Assembly: GCA_001643675.2 (NCBI GenBank)
Contig: LSRY02000023.1
Location: 1 to 64,000 of the forward strand
Source of the DNA: Monocercomonoides exilis PA203
Taxonomy: Eukaryota; Protista; Preaxostyla
Reading direction: 5' to 3'
DNA length: 64,000 bases
The translations under genes were made by a program, and so were the position numbers. Position 1 is the first letter of the stretch, and the number at the start of each line of letters is the position of its first letter. A model generated the notes under the pieces. The model did no database searches. It saw only the letters and a list, made by a program, of their open reading frames with translations, and was not told the DNA's origin. This document shows, one piece after another, positions 62,058-64,000 of the stretch.

Positions 62058-64000
62058 ATGGAATTACGTCTCAAACGAAAAACATGCACCACACTTTACA
62101 CGCTTTTTTGTGTTTCTATAGTTTTTCACGCAATTTTCTGCAATGAAAAAGCGAGCTACGATGCCGATGCGATCAAAAAGAACGATTTTCAAGATAATAA
62201 CATTGGAAGCCTTGGAGACACAAGCGAGAAGCGCAAAAATGCACCATCCTCGCGCACATCAAATGCAATCAGTGTGGCGAAGCCTAATGTGGTGCAGGAT
62301 TTGGATTCATCTGGCTGGCCACGAAATACAGAAAAACGCTTAAAACGATTGCCGGTGGATGCAGAGAGGGCATTTTGTTATAAATTTCCTGCTGGCCTTG
62401 CCAATGATGATAAGTACAAATGGAGCTTGATTTGGAGCCAGATGAAGGTTCTGAACTCGTCGTTGGCTGTTGAGCGAATAAATATCATCCAAAATGGCAC
62501 ATGTGCGATATCTGTGAGAAATGAATTTTCTTTGCTATACGTTAGTGACTGCACGATAAGCGTGGTGACAGAAACAGAAGACTCTGCTTTTGAGTGTGCA
62601 GGAGGAACAATACGAATGGCGAATATTTCTTTCCGAAGTCCCTTTCCGCAGCAAGCGCAGCCATCTCTTGTTTCAGCAGGAATATCCGCACAGCGTTTGA
62701 CAGGGAGCGCTCATGTTTTGTGCTGCACATTTTCTTCGTTCTGTGCCTCGTCTGCGAATCCGTTCATTGGCGATGTCGATTTGTCATTTGCCTCAGCTTC
62801 TTTTTGCAGCTTCCACAATGTGTCTGCTCGGAGCAGCAACAAAAACTCTCCACAAAGGCATTCTTTGCAGGAGAGCAAAATCGAAGGATGCACGGTCTCC
62901 GATTGTGTTTGTCCAATTTATGGCGTTCTCATCTCTGGCTCTCGTGGATGTGGTTTCAGCTCCTCGAACACTTCTTTCATTCGTTCGAGAAACACCATTT
63001 CTCATCAGAACTTCACGAATGAAGCACAATCATTTTCAGAAGGTGATATCAAATTCGAAGATTGCAATTTCACCGAATGCAGCGCTGTTCATGGTGGTGC
63101 AATTGCAGTTAAAGGCGGAGCAAAGCTCACTGTTGACAAATGCTCATTTTCTGAATGCACCGATACATTTGATGGTTATTATGGCTATGGAGGTGCAATA
63201 TTTAGCAATGAAAGCGATTGTATGATTGAGAATTCAATGTTTAATTGTTGCAGAGGAACGGGAGCCATTTCTATCGGAGGAGCGTTTACTCATCTTTCAA
63301 ATAATTTTTCTCTGATAATTGGCTGTTCTTTTGAAAACTGTTCAGCAGCTTTTGGAGGAAGTGTTGCATGGGAAGAAGGAGCAAGTGGATCAATTTACAA
63401 CTCTGTCTTCAAAAACAGCAAAGCAATTTCAATTTATGCTGGAACAGTTTTTCTTCAAGAACCAAGGACTGATTTCGTGATGTCAAATTGTTACTTATTA
63501 AAAGGAGATTCGCAATTAGGAGCAGGAGGCTTTGACACTTCCGAAAATATCTTTAATAAGCAAGAGAAAATTCAGTTTTGCTTGTTTGAAAACAATACAG
63601 TGAATAAATCGACACATGCAGCAGATATTTATATTGGAAAAGGATTTAGCTTGACAAATACAATTCAGATATTGGAATGCTTTTCTCTTTCAACAGCTCC
63701 AAGGAAAGTCGTGCAATGCATTGCATATGCATTGGACTGCGGAGATAAAGGCGTTCAATATGATTCATATCTGCCAACAGCTCAGCCAGAAATACACATC
63801 AGCAATTCTGGAAGAAATATGGACACATGTGGAGGAACAGGCTCGGAATGCCAAACGGTGGAATATGGAGTGACAAGATGGAATTCATATTTGGGGCAGA
63901 ATGTTTTTATGGCCAATGAAGAATTTGAAGAAGACATGATTGAAATCGACTGGAGAAACATCGTTCTCAGCGGAGCAGAGAACAACGCATCAGCAATAAA
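62058..64000 (+). CDS. Secreted/surface right-handed beta-helix (pectin-lyase-like, GGAI-repeat) protein; runs off the window end
   Basis: Open frame from ATG 62058 (MELRLKRKTCTTLYTLFCVSIVFHAIFC, signal-peptide-like), absent from the ORF track because it has no stop in the window; repeats FEDCNFTECSAVHGGAI, DKCSFSEC..YGGAI, GCSFENCSAAFGGSV. Confidence 0.82.
   Translation, partial: MELRLKRKTCTTLYTLFCVSIVFHAIFCNEKASYDADAIKKNDFQDNNIGSLGDTSEKRKNAPSSRTSNAISVAKPNVVQDLDSSGWPRNTEKRLKRLPVDAERAFCYKFPAGLANDDKYKWSLIWSQMKVLNSSLAVERINIIQNGTCAISVRNEFSLLYVSDCTISVVTETEDSAFECAGGTIRMANISFRSPFPQQAQPSLVSAGISAQRLTGSAHVLCCTFSSFCASSANPFIGDVDLSFASASFCSFHNVSARSSNKNSPQRHSLQESKIEGCTVSDCVCPIYGVLISGSRGCGFSSSNTSFIRSRNTISHQNFTNEAQSFSEGDIKFEDCNFTECSAVHGGAIAVKGGAKLTVDKCSFSECTDTFDGYYGYGGAIFSNESDCMIENSMFNCCRGTGAISIGGAFTHLSNNFSLIIGCSFENCSAAFGGSVAWEEGASGSIYNSVFKNSKAISIYAGTVFLQEPRTDFVMSNCYLLKGDSQLGAGGFDTSENIFNKQEKIQFCLFENNTVNKSTHAADIYIGKGFSLTNTIQILECFSLSTAPRKVVQCIAYALDCGDKGVQYDSYLPTAQPEIHISNSGRNMDTCGGTGSECQTVEYGVTRWNSYLGQNVFMANEEFEEDMIEIDWRNIVLSGAENNASAI

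Overview
Left end of a eukaryotic chromosome from an AT-rich, intron-containing protist. The gene families resemble those of the oxymonad Monocercomonoides; that assignment is inferred. In order: a ~2.8 kb (CCCTAA)n telomere; an AT-rich subtelomere with two GC-rich structured islands; and the 3' end of an LSU (28S) rRNA gene on the minus strand, broken inside the peptidyl-transferase centre. A tandem array follows in which a ~1.25 kb non-coding element alternates with exact 134-bp LSU rRNA segments (E. coli 23S equivalent ~2444-2577): 6 full elements, 1 truncated element and 7 rRNA segments. Both element ends carry short inverted mimics of the rRNA sequence at or near their own junctions. This rDNA-associated element is the most unusual feature of the window. 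Further in: three members of a lineage-expanded helical protein family (one decayed), a hypothetical 789-aa ORF, MAK16, a degenerate RPS26 copy, a 1.27 kb nested foldback element, an inositol 5-phosphatase with a large Ser-rich insertion, an F-box/LRR gene, an aldo-keto reductase, a 5360-aa uninterrupted ORF with a DOCK-like N-terminus, a frameshifted Merlin/IS1595-type transposase missed by the ORF track, a perfect 406-bp palindrome, a TIR-bounded MITE-like element, and the start of a secreted GGAI-repeat beta-helix protein.
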